NCBI RefSeq assembly: GCF_006345805.1
Contig: NC_042997.1
Coordinates: 193,254,001-193,318,000, forward strand
Direction of reading: 5' to 3'
Length of the DNA: 64,000 nt
Source of the DNA: Octopus sinensis
Taxonomy: Eukaryota
Below, piece by piece: positions 1-13,814 of the stretch; positions within the stretch are counted from its first letter, which is position 1; each line of letters opens with the position of its first letter. The translations under genes and the position numbers were made by a program. Below the pieces are notes generated by a model. That model saw only the letters and a list, made by a program, of their open reading frames with translations. It was not told the origin of the DNA and ran no database searches.

Positions 1-81
1 TAAATCCACAATTCTAAAGGCATCTAGTTCCAGCAGGTATTTATCAACATTTTGTTTCTGTATATATCCTCTCCACCCAAT

Positions 82-235
82 GTCATCATCATCATCGTTT
101 ACGTCCGCTTTCCATGCTGGCATGGGTTGGACGATTTGACTGAGGACTGGCGAACCAGATGGCTGCATCAGGCTCCAATCTGATCTGGCAGAGTTTCTAC
201 AGCTGGATGCCCTTCCTAATGCCAACCACTCCACT
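82..235 (-). mobile_element. SINE family A (3' (GAT)n tail) fragment
   Basis: catcatcgtttacgtccgctttccatgc...cagctggatgcccttcctaatgccaaccactcc motif shared with more than 15 copies in the window. Confidence 0.85.
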
Positions 236-860
236 TTATGGAAGTTACTTTTTGTTTTCTAATTAGGTTTAAGAAAAAAAATAAATTCTAAAAATAAAAA
301 CTAAGTTAAATTTGAGACATTGATAAGGATACAGCTGAGGAGATTTAGGGAAAAAAAATTCACCAAGAGGTCATGGTGCTTAGATCGTTGTCTACAATGT
401 CAAGCAAGAATTCAGACCATGTTACACAACGTGCACCATTCTAATTACCACTAAGAGAATCAGACTGGACTGGAGTGCAATTTTTCTCCAAGTAATTTCC
501 TGTCCCTCTTTCCTAGTTAAGCCTCTCTACATGCTGAGTACAATGCCATCCCCCTCGATACTTCACCCAACCCTGTGAAGTGGGGGGGGTCTTGTTTTAT
601 GTGTTACTTGATGACCCAGTAGAGTTGATGCTATGGAAAAAGAAAAGCACCCAATACATTGTGTAAAGTGGTTAGTATTATGAAGGGGCAGCCAACCATA
701 AAAAAAAAAAACTTGCCAAAGCAGATAATGGAGACCAACACAACCCTCAGGCAAGTCAGATTCTGTTGAACCATCCAACACATGCCAGCATGAAACAAGA
801 CATTAAATGATGACGATGATAAAATTTTAGCTATATATGATAAAAAAAAATATTCTCTCA

Positions 861-1037
<177 letters not shown>

Positions 1038-1518
1038 TTAATGAGTGCATAAGAAAGGTTTCAACGGGTTAACAAAAAGGTGGTGAGCTGGTAGAATTGC
1101 AAGTGTGGTGGGCAAAATGCTCACCGGCATTTCAATTGGCTTTATGTTCTGAGTTCTAATTACACCGAGGTCAACTGGTTGATATAATTGACTTAACCCG
1201 CCCCTAAAATTGCTGGTTTTGTGCTAATATTTGAAACCAATATGTCAATTAGCAAAAATAAATAACTTCATGAAAAGCTTTTAAATTAAAAATTGTCCAA
1301 TGAAATAAGTGTTACGAGATAACAAGTATGGGTCATCTTTGTCCTTTTGCATCTGTATGTTGGGTTATTTTACCTTTTAGTGAGCAGAGAAGGGAAGTGC
1401 CCATGAGTCTTTATAGGGTCTCTGGGATGCATAGAAGGGAATGGACCTGCCAAATCTAGTTTACAGCAATATCTGCCCTGAAAATCCTCTCCTAATTTGA
1501 TAGGATATATATGGCTTA

Positions 1519-2015
1519 CAGTAAATCCTCGAGTATAATCCACATTTTTCCCCCAAAATCCCTAGTGCATACTATATACGAGGTTAAAAATGAAAATTAT
1601 TTTCTAAGCAATGTCCAAGTCTCTATTTGCTGTCCGGCAATGTTTATTCAGATGCATTTTGTGATGTTGAGTGCGAAAATACCTTAAGCTAAGCTTGAAA
1701 GCAATGAAGTCATAAAAGAATCATCCATAACTTGCAGTAAGCAACATTTATTAAACGTTATTACGGTTATATATTAATTTTTTGCAAACAAAATGCACAA
1801 AAAAGCTACACGTTTGCATTATGTTATACATACAATAATAATAAAGGACGTTACCGTATACATTTTTACAAATCAAGGACGTTATATAGACCTCTTTGAT
1901 TCAAGTTAGAGAAGGGGTGCGTATTATACACAAGGTTTAGGTTTTTCAGAAGTACAGCCCCCTAAAAATCCCCTGCGTATTATACTCAGGGCAGACTATA
2001 CTCGAGGATTTACGG
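1519..2015. mobile_element. Non-autonomous pogo/Tc2-like DNA transposon
   Basis: TIRs c(a)gtaaatcctcgagtata / tatactcgaggatttacgg; body homologous in reverse orientation to 17976-18477. Confidence 0.8.
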
Positions 2016-2770
2016 ATTTCTTTAATTATTTAGCCATGATTATTTTGTTATTCTTTCAGAAATAGTGTACACCATATATCAATATTATAGTGTCCTTTTT
2101 AAGCAGGTAGGATGTAACTTGAGAGAAATTTGCTGCTATTCCTAAGAATTTGAGCAACCATTAGGAGACTTGTTCGTCGACTTATCTCTGTGTTATATAA
2201 TAGTGTGTCTATATTAGAGAAATTCCAGATTTATGTAATTTAATTTGATAATAAAAAGTGTAAGTGTGAATTTCATGTGCAAGCATAAGTGTATTTATCA
2301 TTGAATAGTCATAAGAGTTTCAAGTTCACTTAAAATATTTGATACCTTCTCTGACCACCATATTAGTTTTGGAAACTGTTCTATCAAAATAAAATAAAAA
2401 CTGTACTAAAAATACCCACTTCTATCTAAAAACAAACATTCTGTATTTGATGGCATACAAGACACACTTTTCTCAAAAAACTCACCCTGGGTCCTATATG
2501 CAAAGTTGGGCCTTATATTACATGCTAACCCATTAACATTTAAACCACCCACATCCAGCTCAAGCATTCTGCCTGATTTATGTTCCAACTGACCAGATCA
2601 TGCTTTCTATACCTACCCTACTATGCTATTCTAAAAATAAGCAGTTACATCTACAAAATCTTGATTAATTCAAAACAATGTGAATAAAAACAGCATTACA
2701 TGAGGCAGAGTAATCTGAGTGCAAAAGGGATAATTCACTAAAAACACTTTTTCCTGAGGAATTACAACCG

Positions 2771-3348
2771 TGTTTTATGGTCTGCTACCACAACAGCTCA
2801 TTTATAGGATCCAGTTAGCTCAAGACATCATCAAGACGAACCACGTCCGGTTTCGGCCCCTACTCCTCTACCGTTTTGACATAGCGGGGCACCCCCTTTC
2901 GGAGGTGTCTTCAGCTCTGGTGTTGAGTGCATGTCTTCTTTCTTCTGTTCCCTGGCCTCTTCAATGTATCGTCAGCGAGTGTCAGCTGGTGACTGACTGA
3001 CTTGTCAAAATTTTCCCTTTAAATACCTACCGCTAGGCTCCAGCAGGCAGCCCCAGCAAGTTGTCACGTGACACTGTCTCACCATAACTGACTAGTGAAG
3101 GCGCGTAGTTTTAGCCCACGCATTCTCTAAACGACCGTCACCTGTCAGTCAGCGAAGCTGATTCAGTGTCAGCTTGTCTCACCTAATGATGTTATTTCCC
3201 GCCGGCATGTTATGACTAAAAATATATGTTGCTGAAATTGAACCGTGTCTAATAAATCTATGTGTCTTTTATGCCATCAAATACATTTTTGAGCATTGCG
3301 AAACGGCTTTACATAATGCATGTAGCGAAGTTTGAAACCATAACAACA
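2771..3348 (-). mobile_element. LTR- or pseudo-LTR-like element, CpG-rich
   Basis: TG...CA ends with a short terminal inverted repeat (tgttttatgg / ccataacaaca), internal TATA+Inr on the minus strand, CpG-rich relative to flanks; no TSD confirmed. Confidence 0.45.
2990..3025 (-). promoter_or_regulatory. Candidate Pol II core promoter, sense to SUZ12
   Basis: TATTTAAA starting at 3025 and Inr TCAGTC with its A at 2994, a -31 spacing. Confidence 0.4.
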
Positions 3349-3383
3349 ATTAGAAATCAAGAAACTGAAGTCGTTTCTGTTTA

Positions 3384-3692
<309 letters not shown>

Positions 3693-3807
3693 TTAGAAAA
3701 CATTCAAAGGTAATATTCAACATTAATTTTAATTGGATATTAATTTCCTTATATTAATAATAATATTATTATTATAAAATATAGGTACATATCGCTGTAT
3801 ATATTTG

Positions 3808-4012
3808 CCAGCCTCATCTGGCACCTGTGCCGGTGGCACGTAAGAAGCACCCACTACACTAATGGAGTGGTTGGCAATAGGAAGGGCATCCAGCTGTAGA
3901 AACACTGCCAGATCAGACTGGGCCTGGTGCAGCCTTCTGGCTTCCCAGACCCCAGTTGAACCATCCAACCCATGCTAGCATGGAAAGCAGACGTTAAACG
4001 ATGACGATGATC
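3808..4012 (+). mobile_element. SINE family A
   Basis: ggtggcacgtaagaagcacccac...catggaaagcagacgttaaacgatgacgatga. Confidence 0.85.
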
Positions 4013-4500
4013 GCTCGTATTAAATATATATTTTAATAGTATTAATATTTTGATACAATTGAGCACACAATATAAATTCAGTATATAATATTCTTATTGA
4101 ATATATTTAACTAAAAATTTATTAATTTTAATCTAAAAAAAAATTACAGCAAAAAAAAAAATGTAATTTAATTAAAATTCTCTTGAGTCAGTAAAAATAA
4201 ATTTGCGATATGACTTTAGAAACAAACAGGTTGAGATAAGATTCAATTTACATTTAAAAAAAAAAATGTTTTATATAAATGGTAGGATGTTGAAATATAA
4301 ATTTGCATTCAACTGTAAAGAAGCAATCTATACACCTTTTATCTTTTACTTGTTTCAGTCATTAGATTACAGCCATATTGGACCACCACCTTGAAGAATT
4401 TTAGTTGAATGAATCGGCCCCAATACTTATTCTATCAGCCTCTTTTGTCGAACTGCTAAGTTATGGGAACATAAACACACAGTTATGGGAACATAAACAC

Positions 4501-4658
4501 GCAATGGCCTAGTGGTTAGGGCAGCGGACTCGCGGTCGCAGGATCGCGGTTTCGATTCTCAGACCGGGCGTTGTGTGTGTTTATTGAGCGAAAACACCTA
4601 AAAGCTCTACGAGGCTCCGGCAGGGGGTGGTGATCCCTGCTGTACTCTTTCACCACAA
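4501..4658 (+). mobile_element. tRNA-derived SINE (family D) 5' part
   Basis: A box tggcctagtgg and B box ggtttcgattc followed by non-tRNA body shared with 21592-21894. Confidence 0.8.
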
Positions 4659-5037
4659 TGGCGGTGCCCCAGCATGGCCACAGCTCAAGAGCTGAAACTG
4701 GAAAAACAAAAACAAAACAAACAAACACCAACTCTGGCTGTCAAGTGGTGGTGGTGGTTGGGTCAAACACAGACACAAAGACAGACAAACAGACACACTT
4801 CTTTCAGTTTCCAGCTACCAAATCCACTCACAAGGCCTGAAGCTGTCAAGTGATTATGCATTTTAAAATAGAGATGCAGCAGACATTTTTAAATATCTTA
4901 ACCTTTCACTTCATTTTAATACAGCTTGAAAGAAAGAGAGACTCAATTTAATTTTTAAAAAACACAAAATTCTGAAGTTAGTGGCCAAGTGAAAACAATA
5001 TTCTAAATCCTAGAATTACAATTTAATATACCTTTAA

Positions 5038-5257
5038 CCCTTTAGTGTTTAAACTGGCCATATCTGGCCCAGATATTCTACATGTTTTATATTCAAACTG
5101 GTGATATCTAGCCTCTTACACCTAACCTACATTGACATTCTAAAAATAAACAATCACATCATTGAAACCTCAAAGCTATAAGATAATGCTTGATTAATTC
5201 AAAACAATTTGAGTAAAAAAATATTACATTTAACAGAGTAATCTGAACACTAAAGGG
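5038..5257. mobile_element. piggyBac-like MITE (family P2)
   Basis: TTAA/ccctttag...ctaaaggg/TTAA. Confidence 0.85.
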
Positions 5258-5539
5258 TTAACATCCACTGCAAATGACTTTAAAAGCAGCCCAAAATGTT
5301 GTATGTAAAAAAAATCAAGTACTCACTGCCATTACATAAGGACTATAACATTTTAAAGAGTCAACAGAATAATGTATATATCAGGCAGTTATTGCTACAG
5401 AATAATTTAACCAATAGGTTCCTTGGACTTTCTCCAAAGAAGACAGAACAAGTTCATATTCAAATGTTTTTAAGGAGACATTCTCCACTTAAATTCATCC
5501 ATTCTGGATGTTTAAGAAATGCTGTACATCTGTATCACT

Positions 5540-5650
5540 CTTTTATTTGTTTCAGTCATTTGACTACGGCCATGCTGGAGCACCGCTACTTTACAGGGAT
5601 GTAAACACACCACCATCGGTTGTCAAGTGATGTTGTGGGGACTAACACAG

Positions 5651-5660
<10 letters not shown>
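5540..5660 (-). mobile_element. SINE family B, 3' half (split element)
   Basis: tgtttcagtcatttgac..gccatgctggagcacc...acacagacacacac running into the TA tract; the other half is at 10149-10310. Confidence 0.8.
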
Positions 5661-8360
<2,700 letters not shown>

Positions 8361-8686
8361 TCCGACTCTTGTACTACACACATACATTTGCCGCTAACCC
8401 TTAAATGTTCGAATCTATTCACTAATTCTGCTTGTTCTTAAAATATAACCCTTTAATTTGTTTAACCCCTCGGTACCAAGTTAATTTGTTCGTTACTCTG
8501 TTCATTTCTTCAAACCCCGATTTTAAGTCTACTGTCCCCAATCAAAATGTCGCAGCCTGCCATTCGCTAACCTGCGTGTTCTTTACTCCTCAAAATTCTA
8601 AAAAATTTTTTTAAATGCCTCGGTATGAAGATATTTCGTTCGTCCTCCGCCATTACTTTCAATCAAAACTTCCGTCTTTCCAACCC

Positions 8687-8737
8687 ACTTCCGGTGAACC
8701 TATATAAATAATCACCTCGTGTGCTTCTCTTTCATTC
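8687..8737 (+). promoter_or_regulatory. Candidate core promoter in repeat unit 1, antisense to SUZ12
   Basis: ETS-like ACTTCCGG 8687, TATAAATA 8703, Inr TCATTC with A at 8734 (-31 spacing); YY1-like CCGCCATT 8647. Confidence 0.5.
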
Positions 8738-9126
8738 ACCCTTTCTTGACCACACAGCGATGATCATAGCAAGCAAGCTAAGAATTCTCATTTCATTTCT
8801 TCCGACTCTTGTACTACACACATACATTTGCCGCTAACCCTTAAATGTTCGAATCCATTCACTAATTCTGCTTGTTCTTAAAATATAACCCTTTAATTTG
8901 TTTAACCCCTCGGTACCAAGTTAATTTGTTCGTTACTCTGTTCATTTCTTCAAACCCCGATTTTAAGTCTACTGTCCCCAATCAAAATCTCGCAGCCCGC
9001 CATTCGCTAACCTGCGTGTTCTTTCCTCCTCAAAATTCTAAAATTTTTTTTTAAATGCCTCGGTATGAAGATATTTCGTTCGTCCTCCGCCATTACTTTC
9101 AATCAAAACTTCCGTCTTTCCAACCC

Positions 9127-9177
9127 ACTTCCGGTGAACCTATATAAATAATCACCTCGTGTGCTTCTCTTTCATTC
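9127..9177 (+). promoter_or_regulatory. Candidate core promoter in repeat unit 2, antisense to SUZ12
   Basis: Same cassette: ACTTCCGG 9127, TATAAATA 9143, Inr A at 9174. Confidence 0.5.
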
Positions 9178-9944
9178 ACCCTTTCTTGACCACACAGCGA
9201 TGATCATAGCAAGCAAGCTAAGAATTCTCATTTCATTTCTTCCGACTCTTGTACTACACACATACATTTTCCGCTAACCCTTAAATGTTCGGATCTATTC
9301 ACTAATTCTGCTTGTTCTTAAAATATAACCCTTTAATTTGTTCGTTACTCTGTTCATTTCTTCAAACCCCGATTGTTTAAGTCTACTGTCCCCAATCAAA
9401 ATCTCGCAGCCCGCCATTCGTTCGCGGTTCGCCCGCCCTCCCACCCCCACCACCCATACCGGAGAACATTCTGTTTACACCATCCTCACCGGATATCCCC
9501 TCTACCACCGCCACCACTACGTGTGTCTGTTCCTCCTACCCCTCCTCCTCAATATACTTTCTCACTATGTATTTTACCCCTGCCTCTCTCCCCCTGGACA
9601 GAAGCAGCTAGCGCTGCAGCTCATCAAACGTCCCACTTAACCTGTTATCTTATGTTCCTCCTGTTTTGAAATGTGTCACTGCCTCAACCGGCTATCTCCT
9701 TCCAGCCCCCTCCCCCACTCGTGATATCCTACGTTTTACTTCCTACTTTTCATTCTGTCTAGAACCTGCCACCAACCCTACCTGTCATCGTTTCTCTTTA
9801 CCCCAAACCTTCCCCACTGGTGCTCCCCTATATTACATGCACCCCCCCCACTCTCTCTCCCTCCCTCCTCTCTGCCGGAACCCTCCCCCCTGCCGCAATG
9901 CAACGAAAAAAGGCAATAACCGATCCTGGCCGATGCCAGACCCC

Positions 9945-10147
9945 TCTGGCACCTGTGCAGGTGGCACGTAAAAAGCACCCACTACACTCGCGGAGTGGTT
10001 GGTGTTAGGAAGGGCATCCAGCTGTAGAAACACTGCCAGATCAGACTGGAGCCTGGGGCAGTCCCTGCTCCCCAGACCCCGGTCAAACCGTCCAACCCGT
10101 GCTAGCGCGGAAAACGGACGTTAAACGATGATGATGATGATGATGAT
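9945..10147 (+). mobile_element. SINE family A
   Basis: Family A body ending gttaaacgatgatgatgatgatgatga. Confidence 0.88.
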
Positions 10148-10148
10148 A

Positions 10149-10310
10149 CAACGAGGTTCTTTCAGTTTCCATCTACCAAATCCACTCACAAGGCTTTGGT
10201 CGGCCCGAGGCAACAGTAGACGACACTTGCCCAAGGTGTGATGCAGTGGGACTGAACCTGGAACCATGTGGTTGGTAAGCAAACTACTTACCACACAGCC
10301 ACTTCTGTGC
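10149..10310 (-). mobile_element. SINE family B, 5' half with tRNA-like head (split element)
   Basis: ttctttcagtttccatctaccaaatccactcacaaggc...accacacagccac. Confidence 0.8.
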
Positions 10311-11629
10311 CTATTATTATTAATCATAGTAAAAAAAAAATATATACACTTAAAACTGTATGTAAATATTTGAGTTAATAGACATTAAGGGAGACAACTA
10401 CACAAATCAGACTAGATATTAACTTCTAGAAATGCAAATTCAATCATATTTGATGAAACCTTTACATTATAAAATGCATACACATGTTAAAAGATCAAGC
10501 AAAATAGATGAGTGAATATCTAAAGCAGAGGACAACCAGTTCATGGGGTCACGGGTTCATATTGCTACAATAATTTCACTATGTCAGTTAAGTATAAATC
10601 AAAAATGGAAACTGTAGTTGTGGCCAATGCCAGTGCCACCTGACTGACACTCATGCTGGTAGTATGTAATAAGCAGCATTCAAGCATGGGTCGATGCCAG
10701 TGCCGCCTGACTGGCTCGTAAAACGCACTATCTGAACGTGGTTGATGCCAGACCCACCCCTGTGCCAGCAGCATGTAAAAAGTACCCACTACACTCTCAG
10801 AGTGGTTGGCGTTAGGTAGGGCATTCAGCTGTAAAAACCTTGCCAGATCAGATTGGAGCCTGGCATGGCCTCCTGGCTTGCCAGCCCCAAGTTAAACTGT
10901 TGAACCCATGCCAACATGGAAAACGGATATTAAACGGCGGCAGTGACAGTGACGATGATAGGGAACATGCATCAGATCTGGGAACTTTGCTTGAAATAAA
11001 TATACCTACTATACAGAAATAAATAATCTGCTTAATGCAATAAATTGGAGCCAAGCACTGGACTTATGAACTTTTGTGAGTCCCTTAGACACAGTTCCAT
11101 ATTCATCGTCATATTTCCATGCTGGCATGGGTTGGACGGTTTGACAGGGGCTGGCAAGGCCAGGAGCCACAGCAGGTTTCATAGTATGTTTTGGTTTGAT
11201 TTTTACAGCTGGTTTGATTTCCTAATGCCAACCTCTTTACAGAATGTACTGAGTGCATTTTATGTGATACCAGCACCAGTACTCTTCATGGGTAAGCATT
11301 ACCAAGGTAGTTTTAGAAATTAGAAGAATCACATCAAGTCATACATGATAAAGTTGTTAAGAGTTCTGCATTATCATCTGAAGAGTGGGCATATGCTATG
11401 ACAAAATTGGCACTCAGCTGTGTCAATCTTTAAAACATGCTTTGCTCTCGGCGACTCAGTTCACTGAGCTGCAAATAGGCACCATAGCATGTACAACTCA
11501 CAGAGAGAAGTAGATGTACTGCAAAACTGAAAAGCTTGCGATGCTACATTCAATCCCTCCACTAGAGCTGTATAGAAAATCTCAAGTTGGCCCCCAAGCT
11601 GGCTTAACATAATTGGACAAAATTTTCCA

Positions 11630-11904
11630 TGGACTGGCCCCTGTGCAGGTGGCACGTAAAAAACACCATTTGAGTGTGGCCATTGCCAGTACTGCCTGAC
11701 TGGCCCTCATGCCGGTAGCACATAGAAGCACCTACAACACTCTCGGAGTGGTTGGCATTAGGAAGGGCATCCAGCTGTAGAAACTCTGCCAGATCAAGAC
11801 TGGAGCTCGGTGCAGCCATCTGGTTCACCAGACCTCAGTCAAATCGTCCAACCCATGCTACCAGGGAAAACAGACGTTAAACAATGATGATGATGATGAT
11901 GATG
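11630..11904 (+). mobile_element. SINE family A
   Basis: Family A body with (GAT)n tail ending about 100 bp from the exon 12006-12231 donor. Confidence 0.88.
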
Positions 11905-12005
11905 GGTCTTGCTAATCAGTCAATCAACCAACAAATCAATTACTTAAATAGTAATGAAAAAAAAAAAACTATCAGATTAAAAAAATACAGATCTTATCTA
12001 CCAAC

Positions 12006-12231
12006 CTGAGTCATCATAATGTATCACATGGTTAGGATGATAATGGTGATTGTAGTTGTTATGGAATTCATGTGGAGTTAGAGTGTTTTCCAAACAAGGA
12101 TCTTTCACAAGTCGATTCTGACTGTTGGCACACGTGTTGCAGCTATTGTTGTTGCTATTACTGTGCTGAGTCCAGTTTAGAGAAAATTTTAGTGTTGGAC
12201 ATTTGCTGAATACTTCAAATGGGCCAATAGC
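12006..12231 (-). CDS. SUZ12: SUZ12 exon (226 nt, phase 0 to 1) AIGPFEVFSKCPTLKFSLNWT...HYDDS
   Basis: Acceptor ttattttccag/GCT, donor TCAG/gttggt; matches PPFETFSQGPTLQFTLRWT. Confidence 0.95.
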
Positions 12232-12252
12232 CTGGAAAATAACAAAAACATA

Positions 12253-12361
12253 CATCATCATCATCATCATCATCGTTTAACGTCCGTTCTCCATGCTAGC
12301 ATGGGTTGGACGGTTCGACCGGGGTTCTGGGAAGCCAGAAGGCTGCACCAGGCTCCAGTCT
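12253..12361 (-). mobile_element. SINE family A, 3' fragment
   Basis: (CAT)n-cgtttaacgtccg...; lies about 20 bp from the exon acceptor. Confidence 0.85.
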
Positions 12362-12439
12362 AACATTTAGAAATACATAACAATAATGTGAAAGGAAGTT
12401 ACTGCTGATAATACAAATCCTTATATCATTGATCATACA

Positions 12440-12808
12440 CTCTTTACTCTTTTACATGTTTCAGTCATTTATGGCCATGCTGGAGCACTGCCTTTTAGTC
12501 GAGCAAATCGACCCCAGGACTTATTCTTTGAAAGCCTAGTACTTATTCTATCAGTCTCTTTTTGCTGAACTGCCAAGTTACGGGGACGTAAACACACCAG
12601 CATCGGTTGTCAAGCGATGTTGGGGGGACAAATACACACACACATATATATTATGGGCTTCTTTCAGTTTCCGTCTACCAAATCCGCAAGGCTTTGGTTG
12701 GCCTGAGGCTATAGAAGACACTTGCCCAAGGTACCACGCAGTGGGACTGAACCCGAAACCATGTGGTTGGTAAGCAAGCTACTTACCACACAGCCACTCC
12801 TACGCCTA
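12440..12808 (-). mobile_element. SINE family B, near full length
   Basis: tttactcttttac...ctaccaaatcc...cttaccacacagccactcct; A box tggctgtgtgg and B box ggttcagtcc on the minus strand. Confidence 0.9.
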
Positions 12809-13036
12809 TAAGGAAACAGACCTGAAGAATAAGTACACTGAATACTTAGTAAGAGAAAATGTTGGGACAATTAATCCTAATTACTCTTAATTAATCTTAA
12901 TTACTATTATCTTTTACTTGTTTCGGTCATTAGACTGGCCACGCTGGGGCACCTACCTTGAAGAATTTTAATCTAAAGCCTGGTACTGAAATGCTAAGTT
13001 ATGAGGATGTAAACACACCAGCACCAGTATTATTAC

Positions 13037-13370
13037 AAATAATAACTCTGAGCACCTTTTCAAACTCCACCTGTCTAACACCCGTGGACATGTTTACAAA
13101 GTCAGAAAACAACACAGCTCCAATGACTTTCATAAACATTTTTTCACGCTAAGAGTTGCTGAAGTATGGAACAGACTCCTGGCATCAGTTGTTAGTTGTC
13201 GGAGCACTGCATCCTTCAAAACTTCCATGCTTCCTGAGATTCACCAAATCTACACCTGATTTTTTACCCTCCATACACATGCAAGCATGTATCTGACTCA
13301 TTCACTGTTTGCTTTCCAGACATTTGTACATTACTGCAGTTATAAAACCAGATTGTTTGCCAGGGTAATA
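13037..13370 (+). mobile_element. CR1-clade LINE 3' fragment
   Basis: Encodes TRGHVYKVRK...FFTLRVAEVW..LLASVVSCRSTASFK; homologous to 38750-39170. Confidence 0.8.
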
Positions 13371-13569
13371 ATGATGTTTAAACCGCAAGAAAGCCCTGGA
13401 GCTCGCCTAAGCGTTCACAAGTTTTAATGGGCGAAGTTTTGGATCAGGGTGCTTGCTCACATAAATTGGATTCTCCCCACCCCTTCTTAGTTAACTCTGC
13501 ACATCTGACTGAATATATTACCATAATATAATCAGAGCAGAAAGCACTGTTGGCCATCAATTCACTTAC

Positions 13570-13778
13570 CTTACCATCCACTATTGTCTCCCAGTTTGCT
13601 GCATTTTTCTTTGGAGAGATTTTTGAACCAAGATCCTGTAGAGAGAGTTCATAATCACCGTCAGTCATCTGACACCGTTTGTGTTTGTCATAGATGGCCA
13701 GCTCAGAACCATACAAAACTACATCTTCTTCAAATGGAGACATCTTTCCGTTTTTTCTCCTTTTGTGTGGAGGCTCAT
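13570..13778 (-). CDS. SUZ12: SUZ12 exon (209 nt, phase 1 to 0) (D)EPPHKRRKNGK...YDKHKRCQMTDGDYEL...WETIVDGK
   Basis: Acceptor cgtttcag/AT, donor AAG/gtaagt; matches VFDKNRRLQLLDGEYEV...ATWETILDGK. Confidence 0.97.
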
Positions 13779-13814
13779 CTGAAACGATTTCAAATCAAAG
13801 TTCACATAAAATTT

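Larger units (their letters stand above)
8361..9421. repeat. 440-bp tandem repeat, about 2.4 copies
   Basis: Units start tccgactcttgtactacac at 8361, 8801 and 9241; copies 1 and 2 differ at about 5 positions; copy 3 has an internal deletion. Confidence 0.95.

Noticed and set aside
2486-2588. Extra SUZ12 cassette exon (LEHKSGRMLELD...TQG)
   Set aside because: Acceptor lacks a pyrimidine tract and lies in a P2 MITE remnant; would break phase between flanking exons; no SUZ12 similarity
2830-2920. Hammerhead-like words on the minus strand (CTGAAGA...CCGAAAC...GTC)
   Set aside because: Two separate hairpins lie between CUGAAGA and GAAA and stem I does not pair; not a canonical fold
4501-4575. 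tRNA gene (also 21592-21665, 55985-56050)
   Set aside because: A/B boxes present but no complete cloverleaf; continues into a SINE body
8755-8790. Hammerhead-like cgatga-tcatagc-aagcaa-gcta-agaa in the 440-bp unit
   Set aside because: Both the CUGANGA and GAAA cores are broken; too degenerate to call
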